IMG/VR virus record: IMGVR_UViG_3300025292_000005
Span: 1-45,423 of that record
DNA: 45,423 nt
Reading direction: 5' to 3' (one strand)
DNA from: a virus
Under the pieces are notes generated by a model. The model was not told the DNA's origin. It made no database searches and was given only the letters and a program-made list of their open reading frames with translations. Of this stretch, positions 17,956 through 26,101 are shown in pieces (position 1 is the first letter of the stretch; each line of letters starts with the position of its first letter). Made by a program: the position numbers and the translations under genes.

Positions 17956-20383
17956 TCTGGCTCTCCCTCTTCGCCTGCTGCTCGGCAAGCGTCATTTGCC
18001 TGTCGGTGCTGCGCTCGGTGAAGTCCTGCTGACGATCTGCGCGGCTTTCCGCCCTTTCGCCCTGTTGCTCCGTGAACGACTGTTGGCGCTCGCTCATTTC
18101 GGCGTTCCGGTCGCTATCGATCGCCTGACGCTGCTGTTCCTGAGCGCTCATGGCCTGATCAGTCTGGCGCATCTGGATATCGGCCGAGGTCTTGATGTCC
18201 TCGCGCTGCTCTTTGTGCGCCTCAAGGCCGAGCTTTTGCTGAGCCAGCATGATATCGGCATAGATCTTCTCGATACGGGCCGACGTTTCCGCGATACTCC
18301 CGCGGGTGCTCTCGACCTCAAGACCAAAGCGCTGCTGATCAGCCTGCGCATTGGCCTGGGCCTCTGCCGCCTTCAACTGGATTTCCTGTGTGGCCTTCTG
18401 CGTATCGGCCTGTACCTTCGCAACCGCAGCCTCTGCCTTCTTCAATTCGGCCTGGGCAAGTTGGAGGTTCGCTTGGGCAAGCGCTTTGTCGCCTTCCGAA
18501 TTGCCCTGTTGCTGGGCGGCCGCGGCCATCTGCGGAGCGGCATCGATAAACTCGTCGATGATGCTGTTCAGTTCACGCCCGACCCGGTACGGCTGCAGGG
18601 CGAACTTCAGCATTTCACCGGCAAGCTTTGCACCCGCCTCCCCCATAGCCGCCATTCCGGCCAGTCCTTGGGAAGCGCCCATGAACGTGGTCAGGAATTC
18701 GTTGCGGCTCGCCTTCTCCTGCATTTCATCCGTCAGGATGGTGGAGTCTGTCGCGATCTCGAACGCGAAACCCCTCGCCTTGTCGTCTCGCAGCAGCTTC
18801 ATCACATCCTCGATCGGGACGCGCTCGCTCTCCTGCTTGATCAACGGGGCATACTTGCCAATGATTTCCTGTTGCGCCTGCTGAAATTGCTGTTGCGCTT
18901 CCTGCGGGTTGATCTGCTGGCCGCTCTGCTTCGCCTGTTCCGCTGCCTGCTTGGCCTTATCGCCAAGGGCCTTCAGCTCATCCTTGGCGTCGGACTCCAT
19001 TTCCTCGATGGTCTTCTTGATCTCCGATTTGGTTGGGATCTCCATCTGCGACATTTCGAGAAGCGTATCCTGGTCGAAGTTCTCGGCCATGATTTCCGCG
19101 CTGATCTGTGTTATATCGCGGGCTATGCGCTGCAGCTCGTCGCATTTCTCGCGAACGCGTACAGAACCGTATTGGCTCTTGAGCTGCTGGGCGCCAAGCG
19201 TTTCCTCCGCCTCAGTCTCCCCGCGCATGATATCGGAGATACCCGACAGCCGGTCGTAATCCGAGAACAGTTCTCGCCGCGCCTCGATCAGTCCGGTAAT
19301 AGCTGTGGCGATCTGGTCAAGCGGAAGCCATTGGACGAAATTGGCCGCGCCTCCCGATGCCATCAGCGCCGCACCCGGTACAGGGATTAGCATCATGGAG
19401 TTGGTATCGTCGCGAATGACCTGTTCGACGGCGTCGGCAACATCGCCGCCAGCCGGGATAAGCCCCTTCATGCGAACCGAGTCGAGGAGATCGTAGATGC
19501 GCCGCGTCAGGCTGTTGATCTTCCTGAAATGGCCCTGATACCGTGTGTAATCGGGCACAGGAACGAGGGTGCGCGGCTTCAACGTCCCATAGGCAGGGCG
19601 CGGGCACGGGAAGAAGCCGCGGAGCTTGAGGTGCGGCTTGTCCTTGTCCAGCATGACACTGACGCCATCGGCAACCCAATAGACTTTCTTGTCCGTCTTG
19701 TGCCAGACTTCCCATACGCCCGCCTTGCGGGAGTGATCAGCCGTGCCATCCATCTCGCCTACGGGCTTTGGAGCGCTCAGCGTCGCATCCTTGTACGCAT
19801 CGCCGCTGCTCTTCTTGAACCGCTTGCGCATTTCGGCCTTGGTCATCCAGGCGCGACGGGCTACCCATGGCACCTCAGACCATTTGCGGGCCGGCGGGTG
19901 CAGGAAGTCCTTGCGGTCAAGATGCTCAACGCATACCTTCTTGCCGTCCTCGTCCTCGTATGTGACCCACATCTGGCCGCGATTATAGAATATGAGATCG
20001 TCGCGGGTGCAGAGCATCGCCTCGTCGATGCAGGTGCGATCGAATGCAGACGTGACAGACCGCTCCAGAAGCTCAGCCGTGGTATTCGGCAGCGGACGAC
20101 GGTCCTTGAACTGTGGCGAGACGACTGGCTGCGGCGGGCGGGCATAGACGGCCGGCTTCATGATCTCCATGGATGACCAGAACAGGTCATAGTCGGGATC
20201 GAGCCATTCGCCTTCTACCTGCCCTTCGCGGCTATAGACCTCGTCGATCCGATCGCACAGCGCCTGCCATGCGTTCATCGCATGTTCGGCCTTCTTGATC
20301 GCTGAGAGAACGCGCGCAGACGACTTCGCATCGCCCTCTACCTCTAGGGTGTCGGCGTGTTCTTCTTCGATGATGTCGGTCAA
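17945..20383 (-). CDS. Portal protein
   Basis: Large ORF directly after TerL. TTG at 20383 overlaps the TerL stop (TTGA) and follows AAGAGG. The ORF track extends to 20536, inside terL. Long Gln/Ala/Glu-rich coiled C-terminus. Confidence 0.8.
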   Translation of the reverse strand: MTDIIEEEHADTLEVEGDAKSSARVLSAIKKAEHAMNAWQALCDRIDEVYSREGQVEGEWLDPDYDLFWSSMEIMKPAVYARPPQPVVSPQFKDRRPLPNTTAELLERSVTSAFDRTCIDEAMLCTRDDLIFYNRGQMWVTYEDEDGKKVCVEHLDRKDFLHPPARKWSEVPWVARRAWMTKAEMRKRFKKSSGDAYKDATLSAPKPVGEMDGTADHSRKAGVWEVWHKTDKKVYWVADGVSVMLDKDKPHLKLRGFFPCPRPAYGTLKPRTLVPVPDYTRYQGHFRKINSLTRRIYDLLDSVRMKGLIPAGGDVADAVEQVIRDDTNSMMLIPVPGAALMASGGAANFVQWLPLDQIATAITGLIEARRELFSDYDRLSGISDIMRGETEAEETLGAQQLKSQYGSVRVREKCDELQRIARDITQISAEIMAENFDQDTLLEMSQMEIPTKSEIKKTIEEMESDAKDELKALGDKAKQAAEQAKQSGQQINPQEAQQQFQQAQQEIIGKYAPLIKQESERVPIEDVMKLLRDDKARGFAFEIATDSTILTDEMQEKASRNEFLTTFMGASQGLAGMAAMGEAGAKLAGEMLKFALQPYRVGRELNSIIDEFIDAAPQMAAAAQQQGNSEGDKALAQANLQLAQAELKKAEAAVAKVQADTQKATQEIQLKAAEAQANAQADQQRFGLEVESTRGSIAETSARIEKIYADIMLAQQKLGLEAHKEQREDIKTSADIQMRQTDQAMSAQEQQRQAIDSDRNAEMSERQQSFTEQQGERAESRADRQQDFTERSTDRQMTLAEQQAKRESQNGS

Positions 20384-21756
20384 TAGCGCCTCTTCTGCCC
20401 TGGCAGGGCTGGAGCAATCGCGTAGCCGTCGTCTATGGTGGAGAAGACGGGCTTGGGCTTTTCGGGCTTGGGCTCTGGAATGTTGCGCCATGCCATGGCG
20501 AGGTAGCGAAAGGCGTCGGACAGATGCGACGACCAATCATGTACTTCCGTCGCCTTATATGTCTTCTTATCGTCGTCCCACTCGCGCCGGTACTGCTCTA
20601 GCGCTGAGATACCTTGTTCCTCTGTGCGAGGATGGAACAAACAGCGGGCCAATGTCTTGCGAACCGCATTGATGCCATCCAGCTTCGAAGCGAGCGGTAC
20701 GACCTGCGGATGAAGGCCTAGCCCCTGCATCGTCTCAACGCGGGTTCGGCCTGTGCCCCATTCCTTCACGCGGGCATCATGCGGGACAAAGTCAACGCCG
20801 TCCTTCCATCCATGCAGGGCTTTGCGCTGCTCTATGATCTCTGCATAATGATCGACACCCGCGCCAGACTGCGAATAGCAATCGAGGATGAACACCTGCA
20901 TTCCGACGACCTGGAACCACCAAATCGAGGTATCGTCTTTCACCCCGATGTCCCAGGCGCGATGAACCGGACGCTCCGGGTCGTGAACACAATCGGTTGA
21001 GATGCGCCCTTCCTTGCGGACGTTGACCATCTCACGGGCATAGAATGCGCCGAGGATCGCGGCATTGAACGAGCACTCATATTCCTGCTCGAACTGCGCT
21101 CTGCCTATGTCCTCGCCGTAGAGAGCAATGTATTCCGCTAGGCTTTCTTCCAGCTGTTGGGGCGAAAGAGCCTTGGTATCGTAGATGCTGAGAACTTCAG
21201 CGAACCACCGCGGGTTACCAGCAGCCATTTCCAGCATGGACTTGGCGTGGTTGCGACCGCGAGGCGTGGTGATGAACGCAGCCCAACCGTCGTTCTCTTC
21301 AAGCATCGGCCGGATGTAAGCCCATGAAGAAGGATTAGCCAAAGCCCACTCAGATCCGACAAACCCAGCGACACCAGCGCCAACTAGGCTGTTATATCGG
21401 TCAGAGCCGATTGCCTGCCATGTCGAGCCATTCAGGAAGCGGATGAACATCTCCTGCTCATTCGTGCTATCCCGCAGATCGTGAGGGAACGCCTCGTCGA
21501 TCCTTCGTTTGCCGGTATGAGGATTGACCGCTGCCCAGATGGCCTTGCGAGCTTGGGCGTATTCCGGCAGGCAATGCCAGTACGACCCGACGCGCTCGAA
21601 TGCCGCTACAGCAGTGCGGTGCAGAAGCACGTCATCCTTCCCTGCGCGACGATGCCATATGCCAATCGCTCGCTTGCCGCCCTTCTCAAGATAATCCCAC
21701 AAGGGGCGCTGGTATGAACGTGGCTGCCAGTTATTCGGCAGATATACCCGTGGCAC
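20380..21756 (-). CDS. terL: Terminase large subunit
   Basis: 458 aa with Walker A-like HRRAGKD. The C-terminal nuclease region carries acidic residues (WDIGVKDDTSIWW). Position is upstream of the portal gene. Confidence 0.9.
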   Translation of the reverse strand: MPRVYLPNNWQPRSYQRPLWDYLEKGGKRAIGIWHRRAGKDDVLLHRTAVAAFERVGSYWHCLPEYAQARKAIWAAVNPHTGKRRIDEAFPHDLRDSTNEQEMFIRFLNGSTWQAIGSDRYNSLVGAGVAGFVGSEWALANPSSWAYIRPMLEENDGWAAFITTPRGRNHAKSMLEMAAGNPRWFAEVLSIYDTKALSPQQLEESLAEYIALYGEDIGRAQFEQEYECSFNAAILGAFYAREMVNVRKEGRISTDCVHDPERPVHRAWDIGVKDDTSIWWFQVVGMQVFILDCYSQSGAGVDHYAEIIEQRKALHGWKDGVDFVPHDARVKEWGTGRTRVETMQGLGLHPQVVPLASKLDGINAVRKTLARCLFHPRTEEQGISALEQYRREWDDDKKTYKATEVHDWSSHLSDAFRYLAMAWRNIPEPKPEKPKPVFSTIDDGYAIAPALPGQKRRY

Positions 21757-22034
21757 TATTTGCTGAACCGGTTGATAACCACTTGCACCGGGCCACCATC
21801 CTCACCCGTCACCTGCATAGGAAGCACCTTGCCAAGCAATGCCATGAAGGGCCCAGGGTTCTGCACGGCCTGGACCTGGAGATATGCAATGAGGCCACCA
21901 TTGCCGTCTTCATCTACCTTTTTACCAGCAAGTTCGGCTGCCTGGAGGATCGCATCCTTCAAGAGCGCGGTCGTCTTGTTCGGTGTGCCTTTCTTGCGGC
22001 CGGTCTTTGACCTATCCAAACCTACTTTAGGCAT
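21756..22034 (-). CDS. Putative terminase small subunit / DNA-binding protein
   Basis: 92 aa. The basic N-terminus GRKKGTPNKTTALLKDAILQAAE is common in small proteins upstream of terL. GAGGTG RBS. Confidence 0.5.
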   Translation of the reverse strand: MPKVGLDRSKTGRKKGTPNKTTALLKDAILQAAELAGKKVDEDGNGGLIAYLQVQAVQNPGPFMALLGKVLPMQVTGEDGGPVQVVINRFSK

Positions 22035-22042
22035 GTCTCACC

Positions 22043-22234
22043 TCAGACACTAACGCCCAGCAACGGCAGCGCCCGCATCAGAATGATCAGCACCGCAATC
22101 AGGATGAGCAACACCCGGGCGATCTGCTTGAACCGCGCGTCCATCGGGATCATGTCGAGGAGCATTGCCAGGAGATAGGCGACGATGCCGACAACGATGA
22201 TCAGCACGAGAAGCCCTATCAGACCTTCGATCAT
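22043..22234 (-). CDS. Small two-TM membrane protein, first gene of the late operon
   Basis: 63 aa and very hydrophobic, with AAGGAG RBS. Confidence 0.6.
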   Translation of the reverse strand: MIEGLIGLLVLIIVVGIVAYLLAMLLDMIPMDARFKQIARVLLILIAVLIILMRALPLLGVSV

Positions 22235-22269
22235 TTCGAACTCCTTGCATTTCTGTAGTTACGGATTAG

Positions 22270-22289
22270 AATTATGTAGCTACATAATT
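22270..22289. promoter_or_regulatory. 20-bp perfect palindrome AATTATGTAGCTACATAATT (operator candidate) in a divergent promoter region
   Basis: Read directly. It lies between the late-operon start (22234) and the BrnA-like gene start (22303) and contains the -10-like hexamer CATAAT. Confidence 0.6.
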
Positions 22290-22302
22290 GGAGACGGCCA
22301 CG

Positions 22303-22560
22303 ATGGCTATTCGATATTCAGTGACGACCGCCCACAAGACTGAGCTTTCCGAACGAGCGGCCAAGATCGCGCCAATCAAAACAGTCATCCCAGCGCCAGA
22401 ACATCAGGTGCGTAACCGGCCGGGAAGAAAGCCCTCGACCAAATCGAAGCACCTGCTGACCTTGCGGCTCGACCCCGATATTATTGAGTATTTCCGGTCT
22501 ACCGGCGAAGGCTGGCAAACCAGGATGAATGATGCTTTGCGAAAGGCTATGGAGCCTTGA
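22303..22560 (+). CDS. BrnA-family antitoxin-like protein (orphan, no BrnT partner)
   Basis: The C-terminus LTLRLDPDIIEYFRSTGEGWQTRMNDALRKAM matches the BrnA pattern (RLD..v...F...G.GyQTRiN..LR). ATG at 22303 follows GGAG. Confidence 0.7.
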   Translation: MAIRYSVTTAHKTELSERAAKIAPIKTVIPAPEHQVRNRPGRKPSTKSKHLLTLRLDPDIIEYFRSTGEGWQTRMNDALRKAMEP

Positions 22561-22597
22561 GGCTCACGCTCTTTCCTTTCGCTGGGTTGGGGAGTGG

Positions 22598-22783
22598 TTA
22601 GGCGGGTCGTCGGACGCCAATCGCCTTGACGCGATGCCGCTCGCGCAGACGAACGAAGCCGCACTGGTGTTCGAATTTTTCAGGCGCCTCAACAGTCATC
22701 GACCATAGAGGCTGGACGTCTTCACTGCTGTAAGCGACCTCATCCCACCAAGCTTTGCTTTGCGAAGCGGCGTTCTCGGACAT
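22598..22783 (-). CDS. Hypothetical protein (61 aa)
   Basis: ATG at 22783 after GGAGAG. The ORF-track start at 22795 sits in the terminator U-tract. Confidence 0.4.
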   Translation of the reverse strand: MSENAASQSKAWWDEVAYSSEDVQPLWSMTVEAPEKFEHQCGFVRLRERHRVKAIGVRRPA

Positions 22784-22795
22784 AACTCTCTCCAT

Positions 22796-22826
22796 AGAAA
22801 ACCCGCCCTGCGTTAACAGGACGGGC
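22796..22826 (-). terminator. Intrinsic terminator on the minus strand
   Basis: CCCGUCCUG-UUAACG-CAGGGCGGG followed by UUUUCUAU. Confidence 0.55.
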
Positions 22827-22842
22827 TGATGGGTACGGGAAG
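22827..22842. repeat. 16-bp direct repeat TGATGGGTACGGGAAG, left copy
   Basis: Exact second copy at 23206..23221. The pair brackets the Arc-like gene. Confidence 0.8.
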
Positions 22843-22856
22843 CTCCTCTATTTACA

Positions 22857-22867
22857 TAGAAATTCTA
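22857..22867. promoter_or_regulatory. TAGAA-A-TTCTA palindrome (Arc/Mnt-style TAGA-box operator candidate)
   Basis: Read directly, about 35 bp upstream of the Arc-like start codon. Confidence 0.4.
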
Positions 22868-22902
22868 CCGTGATACCATCAAAGCAGTATCAGGAGATGA
22901 CT

Positions 22903-23208
22903 ATGTCAAATAGCAATCAGGCCGACCACAAATTCATGTTGCGCGTCCCGTCGCAGTTAGCGAGCAGGGTAAAAGAATGGGCCGCGAAGAATGGGCGATC
23001 TATGAACTCTGAGATCACGTTCGCCCTAGAAAAAGCCTACCCTCAACCTCCAGAGCCGGAGAGCCTGAACAAATCTCTTGCCCTTGCTTCAAAAGAGGTC
23101 CTTGAATCATGGGAGGGTGCTTTAAAGGCATTGGGCCAAGACCCGAAAGGCAACCATCAGCTTATGCGGCTGAAAAAAGCAATCGACACTGCCCTTAAAG
23201 ACTATTGA
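22903..23208 (+). CDS. Arc/MetJ-type ribbon-helix-helix DNA-binding protein
   Basis: KFMLRVPSQLASRVKEWAAKNGRSMNSEITFALEKAY fits the Arc-family RHH pattern. AGGAG lies 6 nt before the ATG at 22903. Confidence 0.7.
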   Translation: MSNSNQADHKFMLRVPSQLASRVKEWAAKNGRSMNSEITFALEKAYPQPPEPESLNKSLALASKEVLESWEGALKALGQDPKGNHQLMRLKKAIDTALKDY

Positions 23209-23221
23209 TGGGTACGGGAAG
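23206..23221. repeat. 16-bp direct repeat TGATGGGTACGGGAAG, right copy
   Basis: Exact copy of 22827..22842. It overlaps the Arc-like stop codon. Confidence 0.8.
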
Positions 23222-23836
23222 TCGCGGCGTAACGTTGGGCATCCGCGCTTTGATCTGCCACCGACCCTTTCGGGCTTCCCGATATGTAGATGATCTCCGA
23301 ACATGCGCTACGGCCAAGAGCACAGACGCCGTTTGCATGGGCGGTTTGAGCCAGATCACCATGTGGCTCGGGAAGGCGGATCGCTCAACTCCGCTGTCTG
23401 CATTCCTCTAGCGCGTAAACGCTAACGGCTCTTCCCGATTAGTCGGGCATTCTCGCCCTGTGCCGCTTCTATGAGATCCAGCGGCGGAAACTTGACACGC
23501 GGATTTTACAAGGCCGTGTATCCTTGCTTCAGGTTTTCAGCGCGCTCCCGAAGATTAGGTCTTTCCCTCGTCACGATTTGGAGTCGTGGCCCCGGATCCA
23601 GCCAAATCGTCCAGATATCCGGGCAGCCCGTTGAGGCTATTGCCTCGAATGGCTTTGGAATACTCCCTGGCTTGTTCCGTCTAACTGGCGGAGTCACCAG
23701 CTTCGATCCAACGCTATATTCCAAACTGGAAATTTAGGCGGTCTTTTCCCATAGCCCCGGATCATCACCAGGACGTGGGCCGGCGAAACCGCTCTGAACA
23801 CCCACATAGATCACGCGCAAATCAGTTGCGCACAAT

Positions 23837-24469
23837 CTAGCTTGCCTGACGCAGATTTTCAAGCGGGATGTCAACACTCGCGAATCCGTTCAGTGTGTCA
23901 ATCACAGCTTTCACCTTCCCGCGCGACGACGGACCCAGAACGCGGGCAAGCATCCCTTCAAATGGCGCTCCGTCTGCGATCTTGGCTATGGTGTTGGCCG
24001 GGAACATTTCCTCCACCTCTCGGCGTGTTAGCTTGTTCTGTGCGGCCAATTCTCGTCTGATGCGCTGCTCTCGACGGGCGACGAAGTTCTGGTGAGCCTC
24101 GTCTTCCGCATCGCGCATCGCTTCGATGTCACTGGCGCTGAACCGGACAGGAGGCATATCCTTGACGGGCTTGAGGAGGCACATGACGCCGTCGATCGCC
24201 CTCACCTCCTCGAAATTCATGCGAGGAAGGCTGACGAAGGTATAGCCAACCAGCATCGGGAAGCGCTTCTCCATCCACTGCTTTGTGCGATGGTGCTTTG
24301 TTTCGATGCTGAAGGCTGGCATGAAACACTCGACGCCTTCCTTCCGCAGATTGCGCTCGATCATGGTCTCAAGACGATATTGCTCATTCGCTGCATCCCA
24401 CTTGGATGCCATGCGCTGATAGCCTGGTTTCGTTCGTATCGCGTACCAATGGGTATTTGCCGCCGCCAT
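23837..24469 (-). CDS. NusG/RfaH-like transcription antiterminator
   Basis: NGN-like N-terminus HWYAIRTKPGYQ...EGVECFMP...FPMLVGYTFVSL and a KOW-like C-terminus IADGAPFEGMLARVLG..RGKVKAVIDTLNG. ATG at 24469 follows GAGGAA. The ORF track extends spuriously to 24763. Confidence 0.8.
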   Translation of the reverse strand: MAAANTHWYAIRTKPGYQRMASKWDAANEQYRLETMIERNLRKEGVECFMPAFSIETKHHRTKQWMEKRFPMLVGYTFVSLPRMNFEEVRAIDGVMCLLKPVKDMPPVRFSASDIEAMRDAEDEAHQNFVARREQRIRRELAAQNKLTRREVEEMFPANTIAKIADGAPFEGMLARVLGPSSRGKVKAVIDTLNGFASVDIPLENLRQAS

Positions 24470-24480
24470 GCTGTTCCTCG

Positions 24481-24597
24481 CTATATGAAAATCGCAATTG
24501 CAATGAGTAGAGTGGCACACAGAAAAATAGCCCCGACGCTTGCAGGATGCCGCCATGCATCGAAAAACCCGCGCCAGAAAGAAGGCCAATGCATCAT
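24481..24597 (-). CDS. 38-aa hydrophobic micro-protein
   Basis: MMHWPSFWRGFFDAWRHPASVGAIFLCATLLIAIAIFI. Its ATG overlaps the LuxR-type gene stop as ATGA. Confidence 0.4.
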   Translation of the reverse strand: MMHWPSFWRGFFDAWRHPASVGAIFLCATLLIAIAIFI

Positions 24598-24812
24598 GCG
24601 ATCCACCCGCTGCGAATTGCTTTGGAGACAATCGCCGAATCCTTTCTGACGACCTTGGCTCGATCGCAGGCTTCTCGGATCTGTTGGCATACGAAAGCTT
24701 CTGAAACACCAAATTTCTGTGCCACGAATTTCCGAACATTTCCGTCGGCCAACAGTGCGACAATCTCTGTTTGGCGAGGGGTAAGGGGGTTGATTGTTAC
24801 ATTCTGGTTCAT
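24594..24812 (-). CDS. LuxR/GerE-type HTH transcriptional regulator (72 aa)
   Basis: LTPRQTEIVALLADGNVRKFVAQKFGVSEAFVCQQI matches the GerE HTH pattern. ATGA overlap with the upstream gene. Confidence 0.7.
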   Translation of the reverse strand: MNQNVTINPLTPRQTEIVALLADGNVRKFVAQKFGVSEAFVCQQIREACDRAKVVRKDSAIVSKAIRSGWIA

Positions 24813-25210
24813 CTCATCACCTCAATATCGTATCCCATGCCTCGAAGACTTGCGGCGGCGCTCTTGTCGCCCTTCATCGCCTTGCGAAGTAGATCCATCT
24901 TTTCCTTTGCCACCCGCGGCGCTTCAGGCTTCGGAACGGGCGGCTCGATCTTCGGCCGGCGCTGTGCTGCCAGCATGCTTGCTTCGTCCCGGCACCGCTC
25001 GGCAAACTCTGCGCAGGACGGGGCGAAGGCGTTGTTCTCGCGCTTCACCTTGCCCTGCATGTAGGCTATAGAGGCGTTTCTGATGGCTTCGAACTGAATA
25101 TCGTGCGTGGCCAGCAGATACGCCCCAAGCTGGGCATCGGGATCAGTGACGGTTGAGGCTGGGAAGCCCGAAAGCATCGCTGAGATAACCGTGGCTGGCG
25201 TTGAAGTCAT
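24809..25210 (-). CDS. Hypothetical early protein (133 aa)
   Basis: ATG after AAGGGA. Overlaps the upstream gene by 68 nt. Confidence 0.5.
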   Translation of the reverse strand: MTSTPATVISAMLSGFPASTVTDPDAQLGAYLLATHDIQFEAIRNASIAYMQGKVKRENNAFAPSCAEFAERCRDEASMLAAQRRPKIEPPVPKPEAPRVAKEKMDLLRKAMKGDKSAAASLRGMGYDIEVMR

Positions 25211-25475
25211 TTGCGGCGTCCCTTATCGTCCTGCGTCCGTTTCGGTTGGTGGTCGGGTCCGGCTCATCCCAATAGCTTTCAGCCCGGAGCCATGTCGCCG
25301 GGTATGGGACGAACTGAGGATCGCGCCGGCTGAGATCCGCGAGGTTGCGCGCCAGGCCGCTCATGATGTCCTCGACCGTATGGCCCTTCTTCAGGGCTTG
25401 GTTCCATGCCTTCTCTGCATCGCCGCGGGCTTTCTTTCGGGGGTAAACGCTGTAAAAGTCTGCGAATTGGCTCAT
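25143..25475 (-). CDS. Hypothetical early protein with YPRKKARGDAEKAW...PYPATWL..E.W motif
   Basis: This motif is common in phage replication-region proteins. GAGG RBS. Confidence 0.5.
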   Translation of the reverse strand: MSQFADFYSVYPRKKARGDAEKAWNQALKKGHTVEDIMSGLARNLADLSRRDPQFVPYPATWLRAESYWDEPDPTTNRNGRRTIRDAANDFNASHGYLSDAFGLPSLNRH

Positions 25476-25477
25476 TG

Positions 25478-25864
25478 CTAAACCTCGATTATCTTTGTCA
25501 TGGGATGCATCGCGTGGACGATGGCCCGCTTCAGTTTGTACTCAGGGGTACGAAATCCTTTGGCATCCTCGATCACGCGGCGTTCGCCATCGAAATAGGC
25601 GAAATCCGCCACATAGGTCGCCTGACGGCCGCTGTCGTAGAGGACAGGGCGAGTGCCGCAGAAGAGCTTGAACCGGGGCTGGCATTCGAGGTGGGATATA
25701 TGGCCCGCCTTCTCCAGAAGCTTCAGCTCCTGATACCGCTTGCCTTCCTTGATGCTGTCGAACGTCCGGCCGTCGATCATGACCTTCTTGTTCCGGTATT
25801 TCGGCTGCTTCTTGGGGCGATCGGCGATCTGGCGAAGCTGGGCGGAGGAGATGCGCTCGTTCAT
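25478..25864 (-). CDS. DUF1064-family protein (putative nuclease/resolvase-like)
   Basis: KYRNKKVMIDGRTFDSIKEGKRYQELKLLEKAGHISHLE.Q..F.......YVADFAYF......IEDAKG..T.EYKLK matches the DUF1064 pattern. The ATG at 25864 is in ATGA overlap. Confidence 0.7.
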   Translation of the reverse strand: MNERISSAQLRQIADRPKKQPKYRNKKVMIDGRTFDSIKEGKRYQELKLLEKAGHISHLECQPRFKLFCGTRPVLYDSGRQATYVADFAYFDGERRVIEDAKGFRTPEYKLKRAIVHAMHPMTKIIEV

Positions 25865-26064
25865 CGCGTCCACCCTCCCCAGCTTTCGAAGCTCTCCCTC
25901 GCCTTCTCCCGTGAAAGCCGGTATGGCTCCGTCTTCTGCTCACCCATCGACGCAAGCGCGTTGTAAATCACGCTCTCATGCACCTTCATGATCAGGGCTA
26001 TGTCGGCGGTGTCCTTGCCGTCGCTCCAGAGGTCGAGCATTCTCTTGCTGTCGGGTGCGTTCAC
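25861..26064 (-). CDS. Small HTH-like protein
   Basis: MLDLWSDGKDTADIALIMKVHESVIYNALA is HTH-like. The start is uncertain (GTG 26064 after GGGAG, or ATG 26040). The ORF-track start at 26169 overlaps the methylase gene. Confidence 0.4.
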   Translation of the reverse strand: MNAPDSKRMLDLWSDGKDTADIALIMKVHESVIYNALASMGEQKTEPYRLSREKARESFESWGGWTR

Positions 26065-26101
26065 TGTCCCGCTCCCTCTGTAGATCGCTTGTCGAGGGGC
26101 T

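Noticed and set aside
20384-20536. N-terminal 51 codons of the portal ORF that overlap terL.
   Set aside because: The segment is Arg-rich and lies inside terL. A TTG at 20383 with AAGAGG RBS, overlapping the terL stop, is the more likely start.
23205-23737. ORFs 23205-23411 (+), 23471-23737 (+) and 23506-23724 (-) in the ORF-poor control region.
   Set aside because: They have no RBS, Arg/Cys/Ser/Gly-rich composition and mutually overlapping frames. The region is treated as non-coding or decayed.
23837-24763. 308-aa version of the NusG-like ORF, and the overlapping 185-aa plus-strand ORF at 24092-24649.
   Set aside because: The first 98 codons overlap the LuxR-type gene and the micro-ORF and have Cys/Arg-rich nonsense-like composition. 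An ATG at 24469 with GAGGAA RBS starts exactly at the NGN domain.
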